Source: Candidatus Iainarchaeum sp. (lineage in GTDB: Archaea > Iainarchaeota > Iainarchaeia > Iainarchaeales > UBA10191). Taken from it: a DNA stretch of 52,781 nt. The translations under genes were made by a program, and so were the position numbers. The notes below the pieces were generated by a model that worked only from the letters and a program-made list of their open reading frames with translations, was not told the DNA's origin and ran no database searches. The stretch is taken from positions 1 to 52,781 of the forward strand of contig JAUSFL010000040.1 in assembly GCA_030649735.1 (NCBI GenBank), given 5' to 3'. This document shows positions 18,293 through 28,329 of this stretch, in pieces (the stretch's first letter is position 1; every line of letters starts with the position of its first letter).

Positions 18293-21200
18293 TTACGCCG
18301 CCCTGATTTCGCTGACAAAGCCCTTAATGTCTGAAGCATATTTGGAATTGTCTTTGTCAACATAGTTTGTCGCAATTTTTTCCACAGTGTCATTTCCGCC
18401 AGCAACGTAATTCGAGCTGTTTTTTATGAGCTTAAACCAGTCTTCAATTCCTTGCTCCCAAGAATTATATTTGCAAAACTTTGCATTATCGCTTGCCCTG
18501 GTTTCAAACTTTCCAGTAGGGCAAGCGCTTGAAAACTTGATGTTCCCAATTGCTTTTGTTTTGACAGCCATTCCATCAAGCCCGTACTGGGATTCTGCCT
18601 TGAAAAACGCAAGCGCAATTGCTGGGTCTATTCCATTCCTTAATCCTGCCGCGTAAAATGTTTTTCCAGTCCCTTTTGCCGGAGAATTCGCCCGCGCCAG
18701 GATTTTGTCAATTTTTTCTGCAGTTATTGAAGGCTGGCCTGTCACTTTGAGTTCTGTTCCCGGCGTTACTGCGGCAGGGCTTGCTGCTGTTCCAGTCGGA
18801 GAATACAATTTCAATTCAGTCTCATTATAGCTTCCATCACAGTTCTGCAGCCATTCTGCATTCGCAGGAGCTTTTGAAGGCTCGATTATTGAAAAGTCCC
18901 AAGCTTCGCTCTTTCCCTTGCTTTTTGAAACAACTACTTTGTACGCTTGGTTTTTGACAAGCTGGAAATCCCAGCTTTTGTTTCCCTTTTCGTCAACAGT
19001 CACTAAATTTTTTAGTTGCATGTTTTGGACTGTTTTAGTGTATACCAAATACCCTGCAGCGTTAGCTAACACGCCATTCAAGATGCTTCCGCCAAACCTG
19101 AGCGTTTTTCCAGTCTTGCTTGCTTTCCAAAATGAAGCCCATTGCCCAAACTTTGACTGGCTTACTGTTTTAATTGTTGCAGCGCCTACTTTTGTATTGC
19201 TGCTTTCAGTGATTAGCTTTGAAAGATTTGTTCTTGAAGAAGCTCCCGCAACCCCTTTTCCTTCAATCTTGGTTATTGTCCCAAGCCGTGATTTTAGCGT
19301 CTTTTTCTCTGCTTCCAATGCAGTCCTTGCAGAACCTGCAGGCATTGTAGCGAGCTTTGAATCAATTTCAGCAATTCTTGAGCTTATTGTTCCAGAATCC
19401 AATAATTTTAATTGCTGCAACATTTCTTCTCTTGCAGTCTCTAAAGCTGTTGTTTCCTTTGCTGAAAGCCCGCCTTTCTTCAGCAATTCATCAATTTTTT
19501 TGATTTCCTCGCCCGCGCTATTGGCAAAAGCATCAACATTGCCGCTTGCTTTTCTTGCGGCTTCTTGAAGTTTGGTTTCGGCTTCTGCTATTTTTGGCGC
19601 GAACTGGTCGCTTTCAGTTATTGCATTATTTAATTGGTCAATGTATGTTCTGTCCCAGTTAAGTGTCGGATCGTTTGAGATTCTCGAAAGCTCTGTTTTT
19701 AATTCTGAAACTGACTTAAATGACCTTGTAGGCCTTGTGCCAACTCCTTGGATGGTCAATGGCGCTGCTTTTTTCAGTTTTGCAAGGCTTGCTTCTGCAG
19801 CCTGGTATTCTTTAAGGCCTGAAATTGCATTATCCGGAGCAACCGGATTTATAGGCGGGTTTTCCACTGTCTCTCCAATCCAGCTTTTTATTAATGGAAT
19901 AATGCCTCTCATTGTTTGCTCGCCGACAGTCGCGCTGACTCCTGCCCCGAACAATCCTGCTTTTTGCTGGTCGCCTTCTTTTGCAATTCCTAAAGCCTTC
20001 AGTCCTGAATAGCTCAAGTTCTTGAATCCTTGCAGTATAGAATCCAGTGCTGAAAGAATTGGGTTTTTAGTGTCAGAAAATCTTTTCATTCCCAAATCAA
20101 TCATTCCAAAAACAAGAGGCACTCCGCAGTCAATTCCTGTTGAAACCCCACTGGCAACAATGCTTCCGCCCAAGGTCACTAAAGCGCCAAGCAAGTCAAG
20201 CGAAACGTGAGTTGCAATGCAGGCTACAGTATAGCCTGCAAGGCCTGTTCCTTCAATTCGTCCAATTTCCTTATTGCCTGCAGTAGAGTCTTCAGAGTTT
20301 ATTCCAGTAGCAGGGTCATAAAAGTGCTTTCCATTAAGGAATGGCCTTAATTTTTCATCAATTTCCATTCCTTGGATAATGTCTCCAACTTTGGCTCCTT
20401 CCGGAGGGTTCGGAGGGTTTTTCCAGGATGGAACAAAGTAGAATTCTTTCTTTTCCCCGTCTTTTAGATTTAGCGCAGTGAGTTTGGCAAACAATCCGTC
20501 CTGTGTTTGAGGATGAATTGCGCAAGCGCTGAGCTTTACTTCGCTTGTTGTGGAAAATTGCTTGACTCCTAGATTGGTTGTGTCAAATGCCTTTATGGTT
20601 ATTGAATTGTTTCCTGCATTTGCAAACGACTTTGTTCCTTTAGTGCAGAGCATTAATTCTGTAATGTTTGCTTTTTCTTTTTTTCCAGCAATTGTTTTTG
20701 AAACAAGGAAAACTCTGTCTTCTGGCGCTAAAGGCTTTTTGTTGGTCTTATCTGCTGTGATGAAAGTTTGCTGCCAGTCAATATAGTCAGGCAAGTCTTG
20801 CGGTTTTTCAACGTTCACTCCAATTCTCTGGTTTGCCAAGTTTCCTGAAATCGTGAATGCACAGCATGACGGCGTGTTTGCGAAGATTTTCAGCAAATTG
20901 TCCGAAGCAACAACCTGCGGCTTTACTGCAGTTGAGTTTGTGGTTTGCTTTTCAAATTCTTGAATACAGGAGCTTATTTGCAGCTCGCCAAAGCTTTCAG
21001 AGGCTGAAGTGATCCTTAAGGTTTTTTCGTCTGCTGTAATGCAGCTTCCTTTTGCCGGAGCATTGCTTTTCAATCCATTGATTGCGCGAACCGCTTCTTT
21101 CAAGAATTCTTTCTTTTTCGCTTCCGAAGCCAATGCGTTTTCATTAATGAAAGCGTCCACTGTGACCGGCGCTGTTGGAATTCCGTTAAAGCCAAGGCTT

Positions 21201-24200
21201 ATTTCAACAATTCCTTGAGTGATGCTTTTCTTGCCAAGCAAGAGCTTGTTTGTCGAGCTGTTTTGCACAAAGCGGTCTGGCTTTCCAAACAATCCTTGCG
21301 CTATTTCTTTTGCCGAGTCTTCAAGGCCTGCTTCTGTTGAATCGACTGTTCCAAGCCAGCTTGACTTGTTGCTTGCGTAAGACAGTGTTGAATCTGCCGG
21401 CAAAAAATTCTGGAAATTCTGGATTTTTGCGTCGCATTCCGCAGTGTCTTTTTTCCCTAAAAGAATGACTCCGACTTTTTCTCTACCGCTTTGAATCTGG
21501 CCTGCAATGACATCGACTGCCCCGTCAATCCTGATGCTGTATTTTCCGCAGCTCCTGAATTGCGGTATTCTGATTTGCCCTGCAAATCCAGTTCCTGCTC
21601 CGACTGCCTCGATTATTGGCTCGCCTTCTTTAATGTCGCGGTAAATGACTTGCGAGATTTTTACTGAAGCGAAAGCGTCATTGCTTAATTTTGCCTGCAA
21701 TAATTCAGGGCTAAGCAAGTCGTTCTGGAAGTAAATCGTGTAAGTTTCCGGCTTTACTCCAAGCTCTGAAAAACTGCACGCCCGCGGGTTTGAAGTGCAG
21801 TATTGCGTGCTTTTTCCTTTCGCTAGAGTTGCCTGCTGGGCTTCAGAGACTTTTTTAGCGATTTTTTCAGCCAAAAAGTCTGCCAATTGGTCTGCGTCAC
21901 AGTAGCCGTTCGAGCAGTCTTTTCCAGAAGCTATTTTCGGGAACTTTACTGTTTTCTTTTTTGTCGCGTCTTCGCATGTTGGAATTTCAGCCTGCGCGCT
22001 TGTAACTCCTTCTGCAGAGTCTGCCGCTGTTTTTCCAAGCTTTACTGTCAAATTGATTGGCTCTGTCTGGATGCGCTTTCCGCTCCGGATTAAAGCGCCG
22101 TAAAATATTAGCGGCGAAGTAGTGTCGATTTCGTCCTTTTTCAAAAGCCTTAATTGTATTTTTGCTTTTCCATTCACTGGAATTGCCGCCGGGCCTGCAA
22201 TCAATGCAAGCTGGTTTGTTCCAATAGTTTTGGGCTCAATGTCTGTAATGCGCACTTCTTCAAGGCAAAAGTTTGAAATCGTGATTTCTGTTGTTTTCGC
22301 GCCTTGGCCTGTCATTTCCTCAATCATGTCCACTTCTTTTGGGGAAACCTGCAGGCAGCTTGGCGCGCTTGCGTGAATGAAAACATTCACTGTTTTCAGC
22401 GTGTATTCTTTGCCGTCAATTGTTCCCTTAATGTCAATTATTTGCCTTAGCACTTTGCTTTTGTCAACGTCTGCCTTTACAACAACCAATGCTGGGGGAT
22501 AAACTGACTGGCCTGGAGGCAGTGTAAGATAGCTTCTTTCAGGAACCAGCCTTAATTCAATTCCTTCGCCATACCCGCTTCCAATCTGGAAACTCAAATT
22601 TTGGATTGCCGTGTTTCCAATATTGCTCACGAACAATGGGGTTGAAGTTTCAATTCCGCTGGACGCGTAAATGTTCAAGGTGTCCGGCGCTTGGATTGCG
22701 AACTGGATGCTTTGCAAATTAACAGTCAATGGAATTGACTTTGACAATTGGTCCGCGTTGAATTCAATGTCAAACCCGCTGCTGCTCCTGCTGTAAAACG
22801 CCTGGCCTATTGTGTTTTCAATGTCAACAATTATTGTCTTTGACTCTCCTTTCTGCAAGTCAGTGTCAGGAACTGTAACCCTGATTCCAGAGTTTTCAAC
22901 CTGGCTTTTGACTTTGGCGATTAAGTTCAGCTCTTCTTCGCAATTGTTTGTCAATTGGACCTGGATTTGCCTTGCGCTTCCAGAAAAGCCCGAATTGTAA
23001 TTGTTTTGCTGTTGTGGGTAATAGCTTTGATTGTATCCTGAGTAATAGTTTGAATTGTACTGGCCGCTTGACTGCGGGTAATAGTTTGAATACCTTGAGC
23101 CAGTGCTTGTTGGAAGCGAGTAGCCTTGATTGTAGTTTAAATTGGAATACTGTGAATTGGAGTAATTGTTTTGCGAAGAATCCATTGGATTGTAGTAAAG
23201 CGTTGCCTGCAAAGAAGCTGGGTTTATTGTAAGGCAGCTTGAGTCAAGTTTTTGATTGTAAGAAATATTAACTTTGGTTGTTGCAGTTACTGGAATGCTG
23301 TCTCCTTGAATGCCTGAAGCCTGCAGTTGAACTGTAGTGTGCGCTGTTGTTGCAGTTCCATTGTATGATGCAGTCAACTGCATTGTTTCTGTCGAGTTTG
23401 CCATCATTGAGCTTATTGCAGTATAGTCCAAAACGAAAGTTCCGTCAAATCCTTTGGGCTTTATTGCCTCAATGATCAAGTTGCTTATTTCTTTGCTTGA
23501 ATTGTTTTTTATCACAAGCTCTGCTGTCGCTGTTTTTGCAGCGCTTGGAATCCTGATTTCCAATTCTGCAGGCAATTCCAGGACTCCCGGGCTTGCAATA
23601 GTGTATGAAGCGCTTAAAGGCCTGAAGCCTGGCGCAGTGATTTCAGCAGTGTACAAGCCTGCCTTGAAGACTCCCTTCACCAGGTATTTTCCGTACTTTC
23701 CCTTGTTCAGCCAGGCGCTTCCCAAAATCCTGAAAACTTCATTGCCTGAAACTGAATCCTTGAAAATTATTGTCGCGTTCTCGACTGGCTCTCCGTCTGC
23801 AGAATTCAGGATTACGCTGAAATTCTTTCCTGCCTCGCCCTGCAGTGGATTGAATGAGGCTTTCATTATTTTTTCTTCAAAAATGTTGAATGCAAAATTT
23901 TCTGTCTTTGAGCTTTTGCCAGTGACTTGCAATGCAATTGAAGAGTTTCCAACCGCAAGGGCCTTGAAGTAAATCCTTGCCTTTGTTTCCTTTCCTTTCT
24001 CTACAGTAATGTCCTTTACCTGGATTCCAGTGTCTTGCGAGTTAGTGTCTGGAATTTCAGTGAAAACTTCAATGTCGCTTCCTTGAAAGCCTATTTTTGG
24101 GCTTTCCCTGTTTGTTGACGCGTTAAGCACTGCGTTCAAAGTGTCTTTTCCTGAAAGCGCTACTTCCAAGGCGTAAACATTCCCTTTCACTGCCTTGAAG

Positions 24201-26629
24201 TCTTTTGCTTCAAAGCTGTTGAATCCTGCATCCAAGAACTTGAAGCTTGCGCATAATTCCTTGCTGCAGCTTGACTGCTCTGCATTGAAGACTGTTATTT
24301 CTTCATTGCTTGTTTCAGCATACAATCCGAGCTTTTGATTGTTGAATTCGGCAAGCGCCAATGTGGAGTCTGTCGGAGTCCTGTAAAACTGGCTGCTTAT
24401 CAAAGACCATGCCCTAAAATGCACTTCTTGCTTGAGCGCTGCGGCGTCTGAAAGCCTTGCTTGAATTTTGATTATTTTTGTGCCTTTAGGCTTGTCAAAA
24501 TACAATTCCACAAACTTGTTTGCCTTTCCTTCGCTTCCTTTGTTCAAGAAGTCTATTGTTTCATTGCCCGGCTTTGGAGATGCATTGTAAGTTCTTCCAT
24601 AAAAGTGATTTTGCACTTCGGCGTTGAATCCAGTGATTGCAATCTCTTGGCTTTCGGCATTTTTTATTCCATCGCTTCCCACTCTGACATGAATTCCGCC
24701 CTTGTATTCCCCTTCAGGCCACACTGTCTCAAAAACCAAAAATCCTTCCTGCCCTTTGACAAGCCCTTCAACTGTCTCTCCGTTCAGGCTTTCCAGGCGC
24801 AAGAGCCTGATTTCCGGAGCAAGGCCGTTGTTTTCTTTCTGGCCAATGCGCAATTCTTGCATTGCGGCTCCAGTCAAGGCCAGTGATTCGTCAAAAGTCT
24901 TTCCATCAGGCAATTCAACATGCACTTTAACGCTCTTGTTTCCCAAAGAGTCAAAAACAACTTTTGCATTGCTGATGTTTCCGTCAAATAGCACTGTTCC
25001 AGAGTCAGTCGTGATTTTCACATTGCCTTCATTTATTGGATTGCCGTTCTCGTCAAGGATTGTCAATTCTATAATTTCTGAAGGCGCTGCAATTTGTATT
25101 TCAATCCTGTTCAATGAGCCGGCGTCCAAGATTGCGTTTCCATCGCCTGTTGCAGTGTCTTTAGAGGCTTTCACGTAAAGGTTTGTTCCGGCCTTGAAAG
25201 CAGACCCGTAATATCCTGCGACATCAGTGAACGAGTCAGGCATTCCGAAAGGCAATAGGTCGCTTGTTGTCTGCTCGAAAAAAGTCAAGGCAGCGTTTGC
25301 CACCGGGCTTTCTTTTGAGTCAATTGTGAAAACTGCAGCGTTTGCCGCATTGCCTGCAATGCTTCTTTCCATTTCAAGCCTGAATGTTGGCGAAGTTTTC
25401 GGGAAAATTTTTTGGCTGACAGGCAAGTACCCGTCCTTGAATGCACTAATATAATAGCCGCTTTCTGAATTCAAGTCCTTGAATTCCACAAAGCCTCCAA
25501 AGCCAGTCATGTTCGCGTCCACTTTTTCAGCGCGCGCATTGAACAAAGTGATTAATGCTTCGCTCAAAACATTTGATGATTCCTTGTCAATTGCAGTAAC
25601 GCTTATTGTTTTTCCGCCCGCTTCCAAGAAAACATTCACTGTCTCGGCATCATTCCTTAATGTCAGGAAATCAGCTTCTCCGGCAGTCGAGTCAAAAGTC
25701 GCATAGCCTTCCTTGCTTGCAACCCACTTGATGCTTTTTCCCTTTCCAATTTGCTCCAAAAGCTCGCCTTGCACTGCAATGTCAGAGCTTAATTCTGCAG
25801 TCGAGTCTTTCTCGAACACTTTAATCAAAACTCCGTCAATCAATTGCCTTGTTTCATTGTCAAAAACCCTGAAAGTTATTGAAGCCAGTCCATTCGCGCC
25901 AGTGCTTGAAGCAACAAGCTTTACAGTACTTGCGTTTTCTGAATCAAAATTAAGGCTTTGCGCAGAATCCAAATACCCGTCTGCCTTGACTGTAATCCTG
26001 ATTGGCTTTCCTTCAGGCACTCCAATGAAGCTCCAGCTTCCGTCATTGTTCAAAGTGCCGGCGATTTTCTTGTCTTCGACTTCAGCAAAGACAGCCGCAT
26101 TCTTGATTGTGTCGCCAGTGACAGAGTCAACAAGCCTGATTTTTGCGGTCAATAATCCCGCAATCCTGTTTAATGTAAAGCTTTTCTGCAACGCGCTTTC
26201 ATTGATTGTAAGGTCCAAAGGGGCATTTTCAAAGCCTTCCTTTTGCGCCATCAACGAAAGCTTTGTTCCAAAATCAACTCCCTTCAATTCGATTTTAGTG
26301 TCAGAGTTTGTGGGCTTGTAGTACAATTGCATTCCGCTTTTCGCGTTGGTTATCGAGAATGATACATCATTCAATGAATTCCTTGCGTCGTCCTGAAAAT
26401 TCACTGTCAAAAAAACGCTTGCAGGGCTTGAAAAAAACAATAGCCAGGCGCCCATTATCAGAAAGACCAGGGCGCCGACAGTGAATGGAAACGCCGGAAT
26501 TCCCTTGCCTTCCAAAAATTCAGTGTAATTGTAGACTGGAATTCCTTTTTTTTCGAAAAAATCCATTATTCCGAAAAAGCCGTCTTCAAGCTTGGTGTAA
26601 ATTCCAGAAAATAAGTTTCCGATTCCCAT
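18293..26629 (-). CDS. Giant membrane-anchored surface protein C (about 2778 aa) with C-terminal glucosaminidase (GH73/lysozyme-like) domain
   Basis: Paralog of A/B by N-terminal motif and beta repeats. C-terminal ~150 aa contain GIDPAIALAFFKAESQYG...GNIK...FCKYNSWEQGIEDWFKLI...Y. ATG 26629 follows a GGTG SD. Confidence 0.85.
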   Translation of the reverse strand: MGIGNLFSGIYTKLEDGFFGIMDFFEKKGIPVYNYTEFLEGKGIPAFPFTVGALVFLIMGAWLLFFSSPASVFLTVNFQDDARNSLNDVSFSITNAKSGMQLYYKPTNSDTKIELKGVDFGTKLSLMAQKEGFENAPLDLTINESALQKSFTLNRIAGLLTAKIRLVDSVTGDTIKNAAVFAEVEDKKIAGTLNNDGSWSFIGVPEGKPIRITVKADGYLDSAQSLNFDSENASTVKLVASSTGANGLASITFRVFDNETRQLIDGVLIKVFEKDSTAELSSDIAVQGELLEQIGKGKSIKWVASKEGYATFDSTAGEADFLTLRNDAETVNVFLEAGGKTISVTAIDKESSNVLSEALITLFNARAEKVDANMTGFGGFVEFKDLNSESGYYISAFKDGYLPVSQKIFPKTSPTFRLEMERSIAGNAANAAVFTIDSKESPVANAALTFFEQTTSDLLPFGMPDSFTDVAGYYGSAFKAGTNLYVKASKDTATGDGNAILDAGSLNRIEIQIAAPSEIIELTILDENGNPINEGNVKITTDSGTVLFDGNISNAKVVFDSLGNKSVKVHVELPDGKTFDESLALTGAAMQELRIGQKENNGLAPEIRLLRLESLNGETVEGLVKGQEGFLVFETVWPEGEYKGGIHVRVGSDGIKNAESQEIAITGFNAEVQNHFYGRTYNASPKPGNETIDFLNKGSEGKANKFVELYFDKPKGTKIIKIQARLSDAAALKQEVHFRAWSLISSQFYRTPTDSTLALAEFNNQKLGLYAETSNEEITVFNAEQSSCSKELCASFKFLDAGFNSFEAKDFKAVKGNVYALEVALSGKDTLNAVLNASTNRESPKIGFQGSDIEVFTEIPDTNSQDTGIQVKDITVEKGKETKARIYFKALAVGNSSIALQVTGKSSKTENFAFNIFEEKIMKASFNPLQGEAGKNFSVILNSADGEPVENATIIFKDSVSGNEVFRILGSAWLNKGKYGKYLVKGVFKAGLYTAEITAPGFRPLSASYTIASPGVLELPAELEIRIPSAAKTATAELVIKNNSSKEISNLIIEAIKPKGFDGTFVLDYTAISSMMANSTETMQLTASYNGTATTAHTTVQLQASGIQGDSIPVTATTKVNISYNQKLDSSCLTINPASLQATLYYNPMDSSQNNYSNSQYSNLNYNQGYSLPTSTGSRYSNYYPQSSGQYNSNYYSGYNQSYYPQQQNNYNSGFSGSARQIQVQLTNNCEEELNLIAKVKSQVENSGIRVTVPDTDLQKGESKTIIVDIENTIGQAFYSRSSSGFDIEFNADQLSKSIPLTVNLQSIQFAIQAPDTLNIYASSGIETSTPLFVSNIGNTAIQNLSFQIGSGYGEGIELRLVPERSYLTLPPGQSVYPPALVVVKADVDKSKVLRQIIDIKGTIDGKEYTLKTVNVFIHASAPSCLQVSPKEVDMIEEMTGQGAKTTEITISNFCLEEVRITDIEPKTIGTNQLALIAGPAAIPVNGKAKIQLRLLKKDEIDTTSPLIFYGALIRSGKRIQTEPINLTVKLGKTAADSAEGVTSAQAEIPTCEDATKKKTVKFPKIASGKDCSNGYCDADQLADFLAEKIAKKVSEAQQATLAKGKSTQYCTSNPRACSFSELGVKPETYTIYFQNDLLSPELLQAKLSNDAFASVKISQVIYRDIKEGEPIIEAVGAGTGFAGQIRIPQFRSCGKYSIRIDGAVDVIAGQIQSGREKVGVILLGKKDTAECDAKIQNFQNFLPADSTLSYASNKSSWLGTVDSTEAGLEDSAKEIAQGLFGKPDRFVQNSSTNKLLLGKKSITQGIVEISLGFNGIPTAPVTVDAFINENALASEAKKKEFLKEAVRAINGLKSNAPAKGSCITADEKTLRITSASESFGELQISSCIQEFEKQTTNSTAVKPQVVASDNLLKIFANTPSCCAFTISGNLANQRIGVNVEKPQDLPDYIDWQQTFITADKTNKKPLAPEDRVFLVSKTIAGKKEKANITELMLCTKGTKSFANAGNNSITIKAFDTTNLGVKQFSTTSEVKLSACAIHPQTQDGLFAKLTALNLKDGEKKEFYFVPSWKNPPNPPEGAKVGDIIQGMEIDEKLRPFLNGKHFYDPATGINSEDSTAGNKEIGRIEGTGLAGYTVACIATHVSLDLLGALVTLGGSIVASGVSTGIDCGVPLVFGMIDLGMKRFSDTKNPILSALDSILQGFKNLSYSGLKALGIAKEGDQQKAGLFGAGVSATVGEQTMRGIIPLIKSWIGETVENPPINPVAPDNAISGLKEYQAAEASLAKLKKAAPLTIQGVGTRPTRSFKSVSELKTELSRISNDPTLNWDRTYIDQLNNAITESDQFAPKIAEAETKLQEAARKASGNVDAFANSAGEEIKKIDELLKKGGLSAKETTALETAREEMLQQLKLLDSGTISSRIAEIDSKLATMPAGSARTALEAEKKTLKSRLGTITKIEGKGVAGASSRTNLSKLITESSNTKVGAATIKTVSQSKFGQWASFWKASKTGKTLRFGGSILNGVLANAAGYLVYTKTVQNMQLKNLVTVDEKGNKSWDFQLVKNQAYKVVVSKSKGKSEAWDFSIIEPSKAPANAEWLQNCDGSYNETELKLYSPTGTAASPAAVTPGTELKVTGQPSITAEKIDKILARANSPAKGTGKTFYAAGLRNGIDPAIALAFFKAESQYGLDGMAVKTKAIGNIKFSSACPTGKFETRASDNAKFCKYNSWEQGIEDWFKLIKNSSNYVAGGNDTVEKIATNYVDKDNSKYASDIKGFVSEIRAA

Positions 26630-26700
26630 TCGCAAGCACCAATCAACTATAAGCTAAGTATATAGTGTTCAATAAGTTAAAATAAAGCAGCCCGAGATAT

Positions 26701-27261
26701 TTAAAGCTTCTTTTCAATTCTGGCTTTGGTGGCTTTCCTGAACCACACGAAATAAAACCCGGCAATCACTATCAGCAGGCTCAGCCTGAAGAAAACATCA
26801 TGCGTCAATTCCGCGGTTTGGACATTGGTCCCGAACAATTGCATTATTGTAACAAAAATTCTCAATTGGTTGAATGCAAACCCAAAAATTAGCGCCCCGA
26901 TTGCCCCGTAAATTCTTTTCTTCCACGCAATTCCAAGGCTTGCGAGAATTGCGCTTGCAAGAAGCGCGGTTTCAAGCCAGCCAGTGCACAAGTCTGAAAT
27001 TTGGATTTGGATTCCATGCACTTTCAAAAACACGCCGTCAGTGTTTTCAAGGACTGTTACTTTTGCGCTGTCAAAGCTTTGCAAGACTTTCGCGCTCGAG
27101 CCCGCAGTGAAAAGCTCTATGTTCTGCCAGCCAATCGCAAAGACCGCACCGTAATATATCAGCAAGAACGCCAAAATCCATGCGATGAGGAATTTTCCGG
27201 TTTTTGCAATTTCTTTCCTGTCAAAACCCAGTCCCTTGCCTTTTTGCTTTCTTGATTTCAT
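26701..27261 (-). CDS. Archaeosortase/exosortase family intramembrane transpeptidase
   Basis: Multi-TM protein with the Cys-Arg-His triad in family context: IQISDLCTGW, FNQLRIF, THDVFF. Confidence 0.85.
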   Translation of the reverse strand: MKSRKQKGKGLGFDRKEIAKTGKFLIAWILAFLLIYYGAVFAIGWQNIELFTAGSSAKVLQSFDSAKVTVLENTDGVFLKVHGIQIQISDLCTGWLETALLASAILASLGIAWKKRIYGAIGALIFGFAFNQLRIFVTIMQLFGTNVQTAELTHDVFFRLSLLIVIAGFYFVWFRKATKARIEKKL

Positions 27262-27315
27262 TCTTTCAATTAAGGGATTGCATAATTTAATATATTTGCT
27301 TTGCTTAATTTCACC

Positions 27316-28245
27316 ATGAATCGCTCGCTTGAAGAATTGCTGAAGCAGACTTTCACAAGGCTTTTCTCAAAAAAATTCGTTTTGTCCGCGCTCGTGCTTT
27401 TCATAATAAGTTCCTTGATTACTTTTGTTTTCAGCGCATTGATTGCGGGAGTCTTTTCTTTCGCTTTCCTGCCTGACTCTTCGGCATTGCTTTTCCTTGC
27501 GGCTTTCTTGCTTGTTGTTGCCTGGTCGGCAATTGACACTTTAATTAAGGGAATCGGGCTTTTTCTTGCGAAAGACCACTGTGAAGGAAAGGCATTCTCG
27601 CTTTCCACAGCTTTCAAGGGCGCGAAAGCCCGCTTTAAGGACGCGTTCTTGCTTGAAATCCTGTTTGCCTTGATTGTGATTGCTTTTTTGGCATTGGTTT
27701 TTTCCCCAGTAATTCTTTCAGGCCTGCATTATTTCAGCGATCCAGTAAATGCCAGCGACTTTCAGTATGCCATTGAAAACATTGCGGCCCCTGAAGGCAT
27801 GGAAATGCTTGGGGCTTTAATGGCTGACTTGGTTTCAGCCAATGCATTGTTCATTGCAATTGCTGTCTTGATTTGCGCGATTGTGGCATTGGCTTTCATT
27901 CCTGCAATTCTGGTCTTGCAGCAGGCAGTGTTTTTTGAAAAGCTTTCAGCAATTGATGCCTTGAAGAAAGCAATCCATTACGGGTTCAGGAATTTTTTCA
28001 GGAATTACGCTTTTGCGCTGGCTTTTGGAATTCCAGTATTCATTGCATACTTCATTGTAACTGTAATCATTGAATACATTGCGCCTTCGCAAGACATTGG
28101 ATTTTCACTGCTTGCCATTGCGTTCATAATCCAGGCAATTGCCTCGCTGGCCTTGTACCTGCTGGTTTTGCTTTTTTCCGCGAACATTTACAGGCTTGAC
28201 TTTTTTTCGGCAAGGCCTTCTTCTAATGCAAAAAAAAGCAAGTGA
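27316..28245 (+). CDS. Multi-pass membrane protein (about 309 aa), internally duplicated, unknown function
   Basis: About 6 TM segments with two similar loops (SLSTAFKGAKARF / SAIDALKKAIHYGFRNF); ATG 27316 with a TTTAATATA box upstream. Confidence 0.7.
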   Translation: MNRSLEELLKQTFTRLFSKKFVLSALVLFIISSLITFVFSALIAGVFSFAFLPDSSALLFLAAFLLVVAWSAIDTLIKGIGLFLAKDHCEGKAFSLSTAFKGAKARFKDAFLLEILFALIVIAFLALVFSPVILSGLHYFSDPVNASDFQYAIENIAAPEGMEMLGALMADLVSANALFIAIAVLICAIVALAFIPAILVLQQAVFFEKLSAIDALKKAIHYGFRNFFRNYAFALAFGIPVFIAYFIVTVIIEYIAPSQDIGFSLLAIAFIIQAIASLALYLLVLLFSANIYRLDFFSARPSSNAKKSK

Positions 28246-28329
28246 TTTTTTTCACCCTCTTTTTCAGGGGTTTTTTCAGCAATTCTTTTAAAACCCAATT
28301 TCCTAAACTGTAAAGGCAGTTGATGTTTC

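Noticed and set aside
249-26321. Dozens of 60-216 aa plus-strand ORFs opposite the giant genes
   Set aside because: Antisense shadows of long coding frames; no motifs, no SD, fully overlapped
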